Shown here: in pieces, positions 13,825 through 27,310 of the stretch
Layout of the letters: each line of letters starts with the position of its first letter
How positions within the stretch are numbered: position 1 is the stretch's first letter
NCBI RefSeq assembly: GCF_006345805.1
Contig: NC_043007.1
Location: forward strand, 77,438,974-77,502,973
Direction: 5' to 3'
Length of the DNA: 64,000 nucleotides
DNA from: Octopus sinensis
Taxonomy: Eukaryota
The notes under the pieces: model-generated
Databases searched by the model: none
The model's input: only the letters and a program-made list of their open reading frames with translations
Told to the model about the DNA's origin: nothing
Translations under genes and position numbers: made by a program

Positions 13825-14364
13825 GCAGTACCAGGCAGTGGCTCTCATGGCTTCTGATTTTAACTGATTGGAAGTGTTATCATGTACATTGTTTTGTCTT
13901 GGTATAAAAAATGGGCTACAGTAAATATTCTGCTCAATACCACAGATTTACTTGTCAGTTATTTGACCTTAGCCAGTTGAGCATGTCCTTTGGGGGCTGA
14001 TGATATATGCATCTTTGATCACGAGCAGAAGTAGTGGGAGAGCATCATAGCCATGTGCTGAGAGGGTTTCTTTGGAGTTTGGATAATTCACCTTTGTAAA
14101 CATGGTTGTTTCGTTCAACATTCTTAAACAACCCTTATTCAGGGACATTTTGAGCGGGATGGGCTACTCGACCTGAAGAAAATTCTAACTAGGCAAGGTC
14201 ATACGCTGTTTTTTATCTTGATATGAGATCGCCATGTCACGCACATTTGGTTGTGATGCATGTACCTGGTGTACCCTTATCAGACGGGTAGTGATGACGG
14301 GTATACTGGGAATTGTATATTTTGCTCCAGTTTCACTTTGATGGAATGCACTATTCTCTCACTC
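13825..14364 (+). mobile_element. ~540-bp non-coding (TAA)n-flanked repeat (family D), copy 1
   Basis: Four mutually similar copies occur in the window; this one ends ctctcactc followed by AATAAT. Confidence 0.85.
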
Positions 14365-14394
14365 AATAATAACAATAATACCACGACCCAACTT

Positions 14395-14680
14395 GATCAT
14401 GGTTCATCTATCAAAGACCTGAACCTAGAAGTTTTCTATAGGTATCTTGGGATATACAAAGAGAAAGGGATTCAACGCAGATCAATGAAAGAGAAGATCA
14501 AGAAAAAGTATTTTAGACGTGCCTGAACGGACCTGAATACTGAGTTGAATTCTCAGAATAGAATTTCAGCTGTAAAATCCCTGGCGGTACCTGTTGTCCA
14601 GTTTAGTTTTACTGTCATCAACTGGAATCTAAGTGATCTCCAGCGTATGGACATAAAGACCAAGAAACCACCCAAAATCA
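14395..14680 (+). mobile_element. R4/Dong-like fragment (post-RT region)
   Basis: YRYLG..MKEKIKKKYFRR..ELNSQNRISAVKSLAVPVVQFSFTVINW, homologous to the 52864-53649 ORF. Confidence 0.8.
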
Positions 14681-15921
14681 GACGTCTACAGGCTCTGTCT
14701 CCTACGAATGGAAGTCGGCAGAGATCTAATCCAGCTTGAAGCGTCCTATAAAACGACCACGATAGGAACTGAACCGAACAGAATACAGCCTCAGGTCCAA
14801 AAGAACACGAATGGTGAGTAACGCTTAGAGGGCAATCCTAAAGGATTGAGGCAACAAAAAGCAATACGTGTACCAATAGGACACAGAGAATTTAAGACCG
14901 GTCGGCTACGTGACTAGCCTAAAAAAGGGAAAGAAAGAAAGGTTGGCCATGGGTCACGTTTCAGCAGAAGGCAGAGGAGAAAAGGGACAAGAGAGAGGGA
15001 TAGAGAGAGTGACAGAAACTAAGAGAAAAGGGAAGGAGTACAGAGGAAAAGAAGGAGAGAGAAGAAAGGCTAGAAATAGAAGTAAGAGGACGAGAAAGAG
15101 AAAAAGGACAAAGGAAAAAGGCTAGAAAAATAGACCTACGTCTATATAAATAAATTACTGTTAATAAAAGCCAGGCTGCGTTGCGTTCCGTTACTTAATA
15201 GGTGAAAAAATGTATAGTAAGTACACAAACGAAATGTAAAAAACATAACGCATATTGAGTGCACAAACGGACAGAAGACAGACACAGAAGGTCCCTAATT
15301 CTTAATCAGTTATCAACCAGATAATCACACAGCAATCTATGCATCCTATGTCGATTATAACTACACTATTGTAATGTCCCTGGTGGAAAATGATGTCTAG
15401 CTGATTATTTGTTATATGGTGGTCTTTCTACATGTTAAAGTGTATTTATCTTGATGTATTGTCAGTTCTTCTCTGATAGCTTTCAGTGGGATAGAGCCTT
15501 TTTTTTCTATGTTATACAATTGTGAATCACGTCGACCTTGATTGAGAAGACGCAGACCATTCCAACTTTTGTACATTACGATCTACATTGTTCAGTATAG
15601 AATTATTTAATACCGTAAGATGTGATTTGAAGGTGATCTGGTCGCAATTACTCGCAGATTAGTAACCGTGTAGTGGATCACTCGTTAGATAACTGTAAGT
15701 TGTTGAATTGGACGACTTCACCTTGTTATTGTTCTCTGATATAACAATGTATTATTCTTTAGCACAGCAGGATATTCCAAACAAGTATCAGGAAAACACG
15801 CGGTTTGTATTTCACGGATGTTAGTGCTAATTACAATGTTGGATCGCATTAAGTATGTGGGTGTGTACATGTGTATAGCTTCATTTACACACACAGACAC
15901 AGAGACAAGCACACACACTCA

Positions 15922-16001
<80 letters not shown>

Positions 16002-16470
16002 CTTTAGCTTCTTGTGTTGTGAGTATCGTTGCTTTAGCTTCATACTATTGTCATTGTTATTGAAGTCGTGTTATATTTACTGTGAATCTCCACAGCTACC
16101 GCAGGGATCTATACTTTCTGTGTAAGTATCTTGTTTTAGTTCATTGTGTATATTCAAAGAAGTTTTTTTTTATGACAAAGAAATGCGGTAGGCACCATTA
16201 ATAATTACCTCTCCAACTACACCTTATCTATTTCCTTATCCAAAGCATTTTCATATGTTTGTTCCAAACGTTCATACTTGTTTTCAGACTTTTAGTTAGC
16301 CATTGTTTCATATCTCTTGAGTAATATAAAGCTTTCCTTTTATAAGGAACAAGTACTTAGAAAACATTGGAAATGTGTATTGTTTATGATGTACATGGAT
16401 GAAGAAAAATATGTTCTATGTATCATAGATGATAGACAGGACATTATATCTCGTTACTGTTTTATATCTC

Positions 16471-16519
<49 letters not shown>

Positions 16520-16540
<21 letters not shown>

Positions 16541-19480
16541 TATGTTTGACTTTTGCTTTATATTTGTACAAGTTGGCTCCAAGTCTCACCCAGAGACCTC
16601 AAGAGACAACAGGGTTGGAAGTTCATGTTGTTGTTATGCCTAGTGTGCCATATATTTGGGGGGGGTGGGGATGTTGTACTAATGGATGTCTAAAAAAAAA
16701 AAGTTTTTTTTTTTTAAACCGAAAATTATGGTTGTTTTAAACCTTGAGGTTACATAGAGAGTATTTTGCGTAGGATATGAGCAATTCCCATGAGCACTAT
16801 CTTTTGAACTTCTGCCATTTTTGGGTTTCCTGGTATCTGAGTTAGGTAGCTATCAGCCCCTTTTGCTATCATTCCCAGGGCACCTATGACAACAGGTATT
16901 GTTTTAGTCTTCAGCTTCCACATTTTGCTGATTTCTATTTCAAGATCTTTATATTTGCTCAGTTTTTGGTATGCCTTATTCCGTTCCCTTCAATTACCCC
17001 TAGGTACTTGTAGCTCTCCGCTGGGTCTAGTTCTTTTATGACATTCTGTTGGTCAAGGTTAACGTTAGATGTTTCTGTCATTTTTCCTTTGATAAAGGTA
17101 GCCTTTGCACATTTATCGAGGCCGAATTGCATTCTGATGTCGTCACTGAATTGTTTGACTATCGCTAGTAAGCCCTTGAGTTGTTGATCATTTTTTGCAA
17201 AAAGCTTTAAATCATCCATGTAAACGAGATGATTTATATTTTTATCAAACATTTTATACCCGTACTGCGCGTCATTGAGCAGCTTTGAGAGAGGTATTAA
17301 GGATAAACAAAAGAGGAGTGGTGACAGTGAGTCACCCTGGAAAATGCCACACGAAATTTTTACATCACCAGCATTTAGGGATTCACTGTCACTGTTCAGA
17401 GTTAGTGTGGTTCTCCATGATCTCATACTTACAGTCAAGAAGTTTCGCAGAGTTGGTGCTATCTTATACATTTCAAGGCATTTCCTAATCCAGCTATGTG
17501 GTAGGCTATCAAAAGCCTTTTTATAGTCTATCCAGCTATTGATAAGTTTTTGTGTCGTTTGTGACAATCTTCTAAGATCATCTTATTGATGAGTAGTTGG
17601 TCTTACAGCCGTAGGATCCACGTTTACATCCTTTCTGTTCATTAGGGAATATGCTGCTGTCTGTTAAAAAACTATAGGTATATTCCGTCAGGACAGATGT
17701 TAGTGTTTTGTACATAGTTGTTAAGCAGGTTATGGGTCTATAGTTTTTTGGTTCATTTGTTTCTTCACTTTTTGGAAGCAGGAATGTTAACCCATTAACT
17801 AGCCAAGGAGGCATCCTACTAGGGTGTTGCAAAACATCATTGTACAGTTCTGTTAGCAGTTCATGGCTCTCTGGGAAGGCATTCAGCCAGAAGTTAGGAA
17901 TTTTATCCTTTCCTGGAGACTTCCATTTGCTTGACCTCCTGAGAGCAGATCTTATATCTTCTACCTTGACACCCTCCTACTTTTGCTCTTCTAAGGGGTC
18001 CAGTTCTGTAGATATTCTGTCAATCCAGGGGGCCTCTTCGTTGTGTTGTTTTCTTCTGCCCAGATTTTATTCCAAAATCTCTGCACTTCTTCTTTTGATG
18101 GTACAGACCCTGCAGTAAACGCTGTTTTTCCTATCTTCCTGTAAAAATTCTTGGTGTTATTTTTGAACATGTTGTTGTCCTTGAAAAATCTAACACGCTT
18201 TTCATACTCGCTATGCGGGCAGCTTTGGAGATACCTTTGTTTGATGGTTTCTATGGTGGCATCAATATCAAGTATAGTTTTCATATTGTATTTTTTCAGT
18301 AATTTTGGGTTTTTTGTAGGTTTGGTAGTCTTGTGAGCCTTAAAGTTTTTCAAATATTCAATGTCAGATCTAAATACTTTAATTTGTTGTTGCAGACGCT
18401 CTTGCCAAGAAGGCTTTTTGTGGGATGTTGCCGTTTTCTAATCTTTACACCACATAGGATCGTTGAGATTTTCGCGGATGATAGTATAGGTGGTTGAGGT
18501 TTGTGATATCAACATCATTAACTGAAATTATATCTTAAGTGCAAGCCGGATTTTACCAATTATTTTCATGTTTTGGTTAGAGTTGCGGATTTTAGGAAGT
18601 GTATCACGCTCATCCATGCTGGTTTCTTTAATTTTCAGCCATTCAATCATGATTTGATTTTTTAGCTCATGTAGTTCTGTTGGGTCAATTTTGTGTGACT
18701 TTCTTTATCTATTTGATGCTCATCTGTCTTAGTGTTATGATTGGTTCAGGGCGTATTTCACTTTGCCTATCACTTATACTAACTCTTTCAATCCTCTCTT
18801 CGTTTTTATCCGCCCTGGGCTGGTCTATAATCATTTCCTCTGTATTATCTTCTCTAGCTGCAGCTTCGTTCATTTTATCCGATATTGCTTGTCTAACCTG
18901 ATCAATCTCTACTTCAGTCAGTAATTTCTTTTTTATAATGTTTTTCTAACATTGGCAAGCTTGTTACTGTCTATGTAGGGTCTTACTTCAGGGTTTTTGT
19001 CTCCAGTTTAAGTATGCTTGTACAGTGCTAGACTTATCTGTGGGGAAATATATGGCATGGTAGAAGGCCTCAAGAACTTCTTTATTATCTTCCTAGACCA
19101 TTTTTCCTTCTTTTTCTTTTGATTATTTGGTGATGAGCATGGATGGCCATCTGTTGGAATATTCCGGTTGTGGGGTTCGTCCAGCTCCTGTGTGTTGGGA
19201 AGATTTGATCCAGTAACTGATTTTTCAATCAGGATTTGGTTCAATTTTCGGGTACGTGGTCTTTTGTAATCCGCGCAATGACCAATGGGTTTATTGTTTG
19301 ATTGTTGACCTTGAAGCATGACGAGCATCCATTCTTATATTAGGAGATGGCTCTGTCAGTTTAGGGTTCACTACATGTAAGCATTGCTCATAGCGCCGCT
19401 TCTTAAGACTAGCAGATCTATATTCGTCTGTATTTTTTTTGTTGATAGTTTTATCTCCGGACATTTTTTTTTTTTTTTTT
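16520..19480 (-). mobile_element. R4/Dong-like RLE non-LTR retrotransposon, near full length, frameshifted, internally deleted
   Basis: Translated fragments: KEKWSR (N-terminus), KNYRPITCL, IDYKKAFDSLPHSW, GIFQGDSLSPLLFC, YMDDLKLF, YKYLG, then directly SKYKDLEIEISKMW..GALG..AHILRKILSM* (stop 16750-16752). The 3' UTR runs into (AAT)n. Confidence 0.92.
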
Positions 19481-20514
19481 CCCTCCTTTCCTCCTCTTCC
19501 TTTCTTCAAGGCTTACTGTGTCTGTATTAGTTCGAAATAATGAGAATAAAATACGGAAAAGGAAACGAAAAGAAAGGGAAAAAGACGGGATCTGTCAGTT
19601 ATTATTGTTATTACTATCATCTTCACCACCACTCACCATCATCAGCAACACCACCATCACCATCATCATCTTCAATGTGTAGCCACAGCCACCATCACAC
19701 TCCATTGTGTTGGAGAATGGGTGGTAAAGAATTCATGTTCTTTGGGTCTATAAATAGCCACGGTAGATGGTGGAGACAAAGGACGTTAATGGTCAGTAAA
19801 AGGTCAAACCTGTTTACGTTTATTTATTTATTTATTTATTTTCCCTTTCTCTTTTCTTCTTCACCACATGCATATGTATATGTATATATATGTATATTCA
19901 CTCACACAATTATCTGATGTTTTCGTCGAAGATTTTTTTTTTTCTTTTTTTTAAATAGCTTTCTGAGTTCAATGTTATGTATATATTTTTAAATTTCTGA
20001 ATTCAGTTGTATGTATATAGTAGTAGGTGCTTAATTCCATAACTTTTTATCGTGCATTTAATTGTGTTGTTACAATAAAAGGTAATTTAAAAGGCAATTT
20101 TACACATTCTTATAGTCATGAGAGACGACTAAATGTAAATGTTCACACAGAATTGGAGATATGTATGTTTCTAATTTTCTTGTTAGGTGTACGTTTGTAT
20201 GAGCTGTAGATATGTAAGTTGTTTTTTTTTTACTTATTTTGAGGGTAATTCAAATTACTTACAGAAAACAGTAGATCTTCCAGTTTTCTACAGTTGACCT
20301 GCTGGGTTCGCTGTTGCCAGTTCAGAGCATCGTAAAAATACGTCCATCCTCTGTCACGTCCAGCCGCCTTATTATTATTATTATTATTTATTATATTATT
20401 ATTATTATTATTATTATTATCCTCATCATCATCATCATCATTATTATTATATTATTATTATATTATTATTATTATTATATTATTATCATCATCATCATCA
20501 TCATCATTATTATT

Positions 20515-21000
20515 GAGTGAGAGAGCAGTGCATGCCATTAAAGTGACACTGGGGTAAAATATACAAAGCCCAGTATACACATCATGACTACCAATCAGAT
20601 AAGGGTACGCTAGGCACATGCATCACAACCATGTGTGCGAGACATGGTAATCTCATATCAAGATAAACAGCACATGACCTTGCAGGTGGGGCCCAGTTAA
20701 AATGTTCTTCTGGTCGAGTAACCCATCCCGTTCAAAAGGTCCCTGAATAAGGGTTGTTTAAGAATGTTGAACGAAACACCCATGTTTCCAGAGGTGAATT
20801 ATTCAAGCCCCAAAGAATTCCTCTGAACATATGGCTATGATGCTCCCCAACTACTGCTCGTGATCAGAGATGCACATATCGTCAGCCACTAAGGGACATG
20901 CTCAACTGGTTAAGGCCAAACTGACAAGCAAATCTGTGGTATTGTACAGAATATTTGCTGTAGCCCATCTTTTATACCAAGACAAATCAATGTACATGAT
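20515..21000 (-). mobile_element. Family D repeat, copy 2
   Basis: Homologous to copy 1; flanked by (ATT)n/(ATC)n on both sides. Confidence 0.85.
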
Positions 21001-21061
21001 ATTATTATTATTATTATTATTATCATCATCATCATCATTATTATTATTATCATTATTATTA

Positions 21062-21100
<39 letters not shown>

Positions 21101-21141
21101 CATTATTATTATTATTATTATCATCATCATTATTATTATTA

Positions 21142-21194
<53 letters not shown>

Positions 21195-21234
21195 TATTAT
21201 TATTATTATATTATTATTATTATTATCATTATTA

Positions 21235-21274
<40 letters not shown>

Positions 21275-21542
21275 TATTATTATTATACACTAGCATACCC
21301 GCCTCGGCAAAAATGCCGACAGTTTTATCAATGATAGAAAATGGCACAATGAGGAATACTATTGACAATTGTCAGCAATCTCGTAAATATATGTACATAC
21401 GAAGGATTGAAGCTCTTGAAGAATAAGATGTAATGCCTTGGTTGAATATATTACCCACATAATGTATGATTGTGTATATACACTCACATACACACACGTA
21501 TATCATATCTTACCCCTTCTCTCTTTTCTCTCTCTCTCTCTC

Positions 21543-21590
<48 letters not shown>

Positions 21591-21728
21591 AGTATATATG
21601 TATGTATATATGTATGTATTTATATATATATCTCTAGCATATAGGCTTGGTAGGTCTGTGCCCTTAATTATAATTGCATTCTATATCACATATAATTATA
21701 TATAAGTTTAATGATTTTATCATTTAAT

Positions 21729-21828
<100 letters not shown>

Positions 21829-21829
21829 A

Positions 21830-22020
21830 TAAAGGGAAAGTTTACGAAAATAAACAAAACACGAAGACAGGTGGTGTACAAACAAACAGATGTATTAGTA
21901 TAGCGCTCAGGAATAGAAAAAGTCTTTTACGTTTCGAGCCTACGCTCTTCTACAGAAAGATACACAGAAAAAAAAACAAGGAGAGAAAAGAAATGTGTGT
22001 AGTAGCTAACGATCTATCAT
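21830..22020 (-). mobile_element. Solo PLE pLTR (family 1)
   Basis: Reverse complement matches 60660-60790; its 3' end runs into (TA)n. Confidence 0.75.
21923..21960 (-). ncRNA. Minimal type I hammerhead ribozyme motif (PLE pLTR family 1, core CUGUAGA)
   Basis: Minus strand: UCUUU-CUGUAGA-A-GAG(CGUAGG)CUC-GAAA-CG-UA-AAAGA. Stem I is a perfect 5 bp, stem II 3 bp, stem III palindromic ACGU. A6 is replaced by U. Confidence 0.75.
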
Positions 22021-22439
22021 GGCATCTGATAAAAATGGTACACCAACGGCAGTGGAAAGTGCGGTCTATGTGATATGGAATGATGTCTCATCTGAAAAAG
22101 CAGCTTAGACCCTGCTACATGTCTGAATTCAAAAGCAGAACTTTTTGGAACATGCCTACACGTGGCCAAATATTTGTTACGTTTTTGGTCCCCACAAGAT
22201 TACAGATAGAACTTGCTTTCTATATTGTGTCTACCTACAAGCTTTTTATCTCTTTATACCTTTTACTTATATTTCTTATATATTTTTATTTATTTTTTAT
22301 ACATATATTTTTTTACATAATTATAAAAATATTGGTTTATAGGTTTATTGCTTATATATGTTTTACACATAATTTTTCTGTACTCTACCTTCCACCCTGC
22401 ATATTCCCTGTGCGTATATACGCGTGTATATGGAATCCT

Positions 22440-23005
22440 TTGTGCGCGCGTAGATGTAAGCGTGTGTGCAGTAAGTAAATTGAATTACAGCAAGTAACCT
22501 TAGATGCCATGAACCCTCCTAAGAATCCCAGCTGTCCCTAATAACACTGTTTTCTGAAGCTGTACTAAACTGGGCTTTATGCCTATTTCTTCTATCCATC
22601 TGTTCAGATCTATAAGGATTGTTCGCAATACGCCAGTAACTACTGGGATACATTTTAGCCGCACTTTTCGTAGTCTCTGTAATTTAATAGCGAGTTCCTG
22701 GTACTTTGCTATTTTTTCTATACTTCTCATATTCATGTTTTCACCATTTAGGACTGTAATGTCAATTATCAGTCATTTTGTATTCTCTTTATCTACTTTT
22801 ACCAAATCAGGCCTTCCAGCTCCCATTAGTCTGTCAGTCTGAATGTTGAAGTCCCACAACATCTTGTATTTCTTACTTTCTAGTACTTTACTAGGTTCAT
22901 ACTCATATCATTTATTAGCATATTCAAATCCTAGCTTTCTACACCCCTCCGAGTGGATTACTCTCCCTGCTGTGTTGTCATGTCTTTTCTTGTATTCTTT
23001 CTGTG
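22440..23005 (-). mobile_element. 5'-truncated R4/Dong-like element (RLE domain)
   Basis: KEYKKRHD..YEPSKVLESKKYKMLWDFNIQTD..RPDLV..IIDITV..EKIAKYQELAI..GTAGILRR. Confidence 0.85.
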
Positions 23006-23126
23006 TATATGTATGTATGTATTTATGTATATCTCTAGCATATAGGCTTGGTAGCTCTGTGGCCTTAATTATAATTGCATTCTATATAATTATATATAAT
23101 TTTAATGATTTTATCCTTTAATTATG

Positions 23127-23186
<60 letters not shown>

Positions 23187-23244
23187 ATCCAAATATGAAA
23201 ACACAAATTATGTTTAATTATGTTTAATTATGTTTAATTATGTT

Positions 23245-23295
<51 letters not shown>

Positions 23296-23333
23296 AACAT
23301 AATTAAACATAATTTGTGTTTTCATATTTGGAT

Positions 23334-23392
<59 letters not shown>

Positions 23393-23650
23393 ATAATTAA
23401 AGGATAAAATCATTAAAATTATATATAATTATATAGAATGCAATTATAATTAAGGCCACAGAGCTACCAAGCCTATATGCTAGAGATATACATAAATACA
23501 TACATACATATACACAGAAAGAATACAAGAAAAGACATGACAACACAGCAGGGAGAGTAATCCACTCGGAGGGGTGAAGAAAGCTAGGATTTGAATATGC
23601 TAATAAATGATATGAGTATGAACCTAGTAAAGTACTAGAAAGTAAGAAAT

Positions 23651-23654
<4 letters not shown>
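22864..23654. repeat. ~790-bp near-perfect inverted repeat centred on (TA)n
   Basis: Arms differ by one visible substitution plus microsatellite and 10-mer copy number. Confidence 0.92.
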
Positions 23655-23740
<86 letters not shown>

Positions 23741-23948
23741 GTTAATCCAAACATGAAAACACAAAGAGAAACACAACAATGCGAGGACGTGGAACAAATA
23801 TAGTATTATTGGACGCTCAAGAAGGAAGGGAAGAAGGAGGGCTTTACGTTTCGAGGGGAGTTCTTCGTCAGAAACATAGGAAAAGGAAAGATCCAGAGAG
23901 GGGAAGACGGAGAGAAAAAATCGCCAACGGTACACACGCGGTCAAATT
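23741..23948 (-). mobile_element. Solo pLTR-like element with HHR, (TA)n on both sides
   Basis: About 205-bp island between TA tracts containing the 23841-23875 HHR. Confidence 0.7.
23841..23875 (-). ncRNA. Minimal type I hammerhead ribozyme motif (canonical core CUGACGA)
   Basis: Minus strand: GUUU-CUGACGA-A-GAACUCCCCUC-GAAA-CG-UA-AAGC. Stem I 4 bp with one GU, short stem II, palindromic ACGU. Confidence 0.8.
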
Positions 23949-24276
23949 TATATATATATATATATTGATATAAATGAATGCTTCATTCACTTATTATATG
24001 AGTAACGCTTTTCTGTTTTGCTTTGCATAATCTACATTGGGAATCTGCTTGGTTTTCCTCTATCTTGACTTTTATCCAATTAGTCCTTAATGCTTGATAT
24101 TGTGCAGTTACTAACAAACTTTCTCTCTCGCTCTTCAGATTTCCTTTCTGCTACCGTAACCATGTCTCACTACTACTGTTCGTTGCAAATGTCTTTGGGA
24201 ATCTAAGCATACAACGCCTTCTCCTGACAGTCAAATAATTTATATTCTTTTCTCTGGTTTTTGAGTTTGTTTGGGT

Positions 24277-24381
<105 letters not shown>

Positions 24382-24639
24382 CATGGCCGCCATACAGTGA
24401 AGTCACGGAAATTTGGTGCTCCGTAAGTTGAAAAAGTATTTGTAATATTTTCAGCTTTCTAAGGCTTTTCTAAGGCATTTTTATTGTTACCATTACATTT
24501 CTGAGATTGTCTGGACTGCGCAGATTGTACTTTTGTGTAGAGAAATCATGTTTTGCAGGGGTTGAGCTTAAATAATTGTTAAATTTTAACTGCTTTCGGC
24601 AAAAACAGATATTTTGCAATTTTCTGTAATTATTTAAAG

Positions 24640-25930
24640 ATGGTTGATAAAAAAGCCATCATAATGTTCGATAAAGGAACGCGCTCCTTGTCGAGAAATA
24701 TCAACATTGAATCGCCTAAACTTAATGACGTCACCAAGGGCAAAAGTGTTTCATCTGTCAGCAGCGACAAAACATACGGTGTCGACAACGAGAACAACAA
24801 CAGCAACACCATCAAAAACAACAACAACAACAACGGTAACAACAATTCGAATGAAATGAAACATAGATATCGCCCCTGCGTTTTTTACGTCGGCGGCGAG
24901 AATTCAAATTGGCAAGAAAAATTGTAGAAAAAGAGGGGAGAAAGGTAGCTCTAACCCTCCATCTGATCTGATAGAAAACATCGCAAGATGCACAGTAACA
25001 TACCGTTGCATCGGAGTAAAGTCTCGGCGGGTCGAAAATGCTCCCGAGAGCGAAGTACAAAAGTGCTTTGGGCGCGTGTGGGAACAGAAGGCCCCCATCA
25101 CCCGAGGAGAGAAGTTTGGAACCATTGAGGTGAAATTTTGGACGGAAGAAGAAGCTAGATGTAATTCCACAATCGCTTTGAGGAATGACAACTTTTTCTT
25201 AATGCCTAGCTATCGCGGCCAACGTCTTGCCAAGATTAGGGTGCTGAAGGTGCCATCAGAAATATCCATTACCGGGTTAGTGGCGGCCATCTTGGCAAGT
25301 TTAGAAAAAAATGAAACCACAAAATTGGAGTTCAAGAAACTGCCTAAGTAAAACTGGTTAGGCATAGGTATGGAACTGACCTTGCAATGCAAGCAGGACC
25401 ATATCGACCAGCTGCCCGATCTAATCGATCTGCCGGATGGTACTCACCTGGTGGGTAGAAAGCCAAGATGTCACAAATGTGGATCTACCAACGTTACAAA
25501 TACCACAAGTGCAATATCATAACCAAGTGCTCTAGACTCCTACACCTGCTCCCACACCCTCGCTCACACCCACTCCCAAACCAAGACAAAGCAACTTTCC
25601 CCTGAATGCTCTTCCTCTCAAACCAATATCAACTGCAATGACATGGAGAAAGAAGAGCTGAACGATCAATGGTTCACAGCAACGAAAAGAGGGTAGGCGG
25701 AAGAAGAGGAGAGTACATAGCCCTACTCCAAGAAATCCATAACTGTAATACAATTCACAGCCACTCCAGCAAAAACAGCAAGAACGAAATCAACAACTTC
25801 GAAATCACCAACATCATCAACAGCATGAAATTAAAGAAACCGAGAAACAACCGATTACAGAACTTCAAAAATATTCATCAGACTCTAGACGAAATGTATC
25901 AATCAGGAACAGTTCTCGCTTTAAGGTGCC
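24640..25930 (+). mobile_element. Degenerate Tx1/L1-like LINE: ORF1 (gag-like) plus a short ORF2 remnant
   Basis: FGTIEVKFWTEEEA..LMPSYRGQRLAKIRV..GRKPRCHKCGST (zinc-knuckle start), then EITNIINSMK (pre-RT). Many stop codons. Confidence 0.65.
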
Positions 25931-26104
25931 ACATCTTTTGTATTTCAATTTCCAGGTCCTTATAGTTACTTAGTTTGTCAAATTCCTTTACAGGTATATG
26001 TTTATTAGTGGGGACACTTAATTTACATCTGCTAGTCTACAAGTATTTTCTTCCTTGTCTTTTATAATTATACCTGCTCAGTTAGCCTGGATCGTTCTGT
26101 CAGC

Positions 26105-26178
<74 letters not shown>

Positions 26179-26182
26179 CATT

Positions 26183-26229
<47 letters not shown>

Positions 26230-26257
26230 TATTATTATTATTATTATTATTATCATT

Positions 26258-26594
26258 GAGTGAGATAGCAGTGCATGCCATCAAAGTGACACTGGGGTGA
26301 AATATACGAAGCTTAGTATACCCGTCATCACTACCCGTCTGATAAGAGTACACCAAGCACAGGTATCACAACCATATGTGCATGATATGGTGATCTCATA
26401 TAAAGATAAATAGCGCATGACCTTGCTGGTGGGGCCCAGTTAGAATTTTCTCCAGGCCGAGTAACCCATCCTGCTCAAAAGGTCCCTGAATGAAGGTTGT
26501 TTAAGGATGTTGAACAAAACACCCCTGTTTCCAAAGGGGAATTATCCAAACCTCAAAGAATTCCTTTCAACACATAGCTATGATGCTCCCCCAC
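26258..26594 (-). mobile_element. Family D repeat, copy 3 (5'-truncated)
   Basis: Same 3' end followed by (AAT)n/(GAT)n on the element strand. Confidence 0.85.
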
Positions 26595-27249
26595 TTTTGT
26601 CATACTTTCTAAGCCGTCAGGTTTTCAGTTGTATTCGTTGTTTCAATAGTTCCTTGGTTGCAGGGAGGTTTATAATGGCTGCTGTGATTTCTTTCTTATG
26701 TTATTGAATAAGAAGGGTAGCATCATTATCTTCATTTTCTGAGACCTAATTGTGATCATCCTGGTTTTTTTTTTAATCTCATTTCCTTGCTGATATATTT
26801 CTTCTTCAGACATGTTATACACCTAGTACAGGTACTCATGGATTGTTTGTTTCGTTTCGTAAGACTTTTTCATGCACTATGTATGTATATCTATGTGTAT
26901 GCATATGTCTGTGCCATTGCGTTTGTGTTTGTATTCTGCCCCCACCTCTTGACTACAGGTCTTAGCTTCTCTACGTTCCCGTAACTTGGTGCGGCTCAGC
27001 AAAAGTAACGATAGAATAAGTGCAAAACTTTTAACCAAAGTAAGCAAAGAATGTAATTTGTCCGACTAAACCCTTCAAGGCTGTTCACCATCATGGCTGT
27101 AGTACAATGATTGAAACAAGTAAAAGGTAAAACGAAATCTAAGTTCAGTTTCTTTTAGTACTATTTACTCTGTTATATGTATAAGTCCTAGAGTTTGATT
27201 ATAAATTTGTCTATACCACAGTAATCATGGAGCTTACGGATAATATTTC

Positions 27250-27273
27250 TTATTCTTATATTTTCTTATTCAG
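27250..27273 (+). promoter_or_regulatory. Candidate 3' splice acceptor of a 5'-UTR intron of the GPCR
   Basis: Pyrimidine-rich tract ttattcttatattttcttattCAG; the exon would start at 27274, 37 nt before the ATG. Confidence 0.55.
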
Positions 27274-27310
27274 ATTGAACTGAGAAAACGCAGCCCAAAA
27301 TCGGGAAAGG

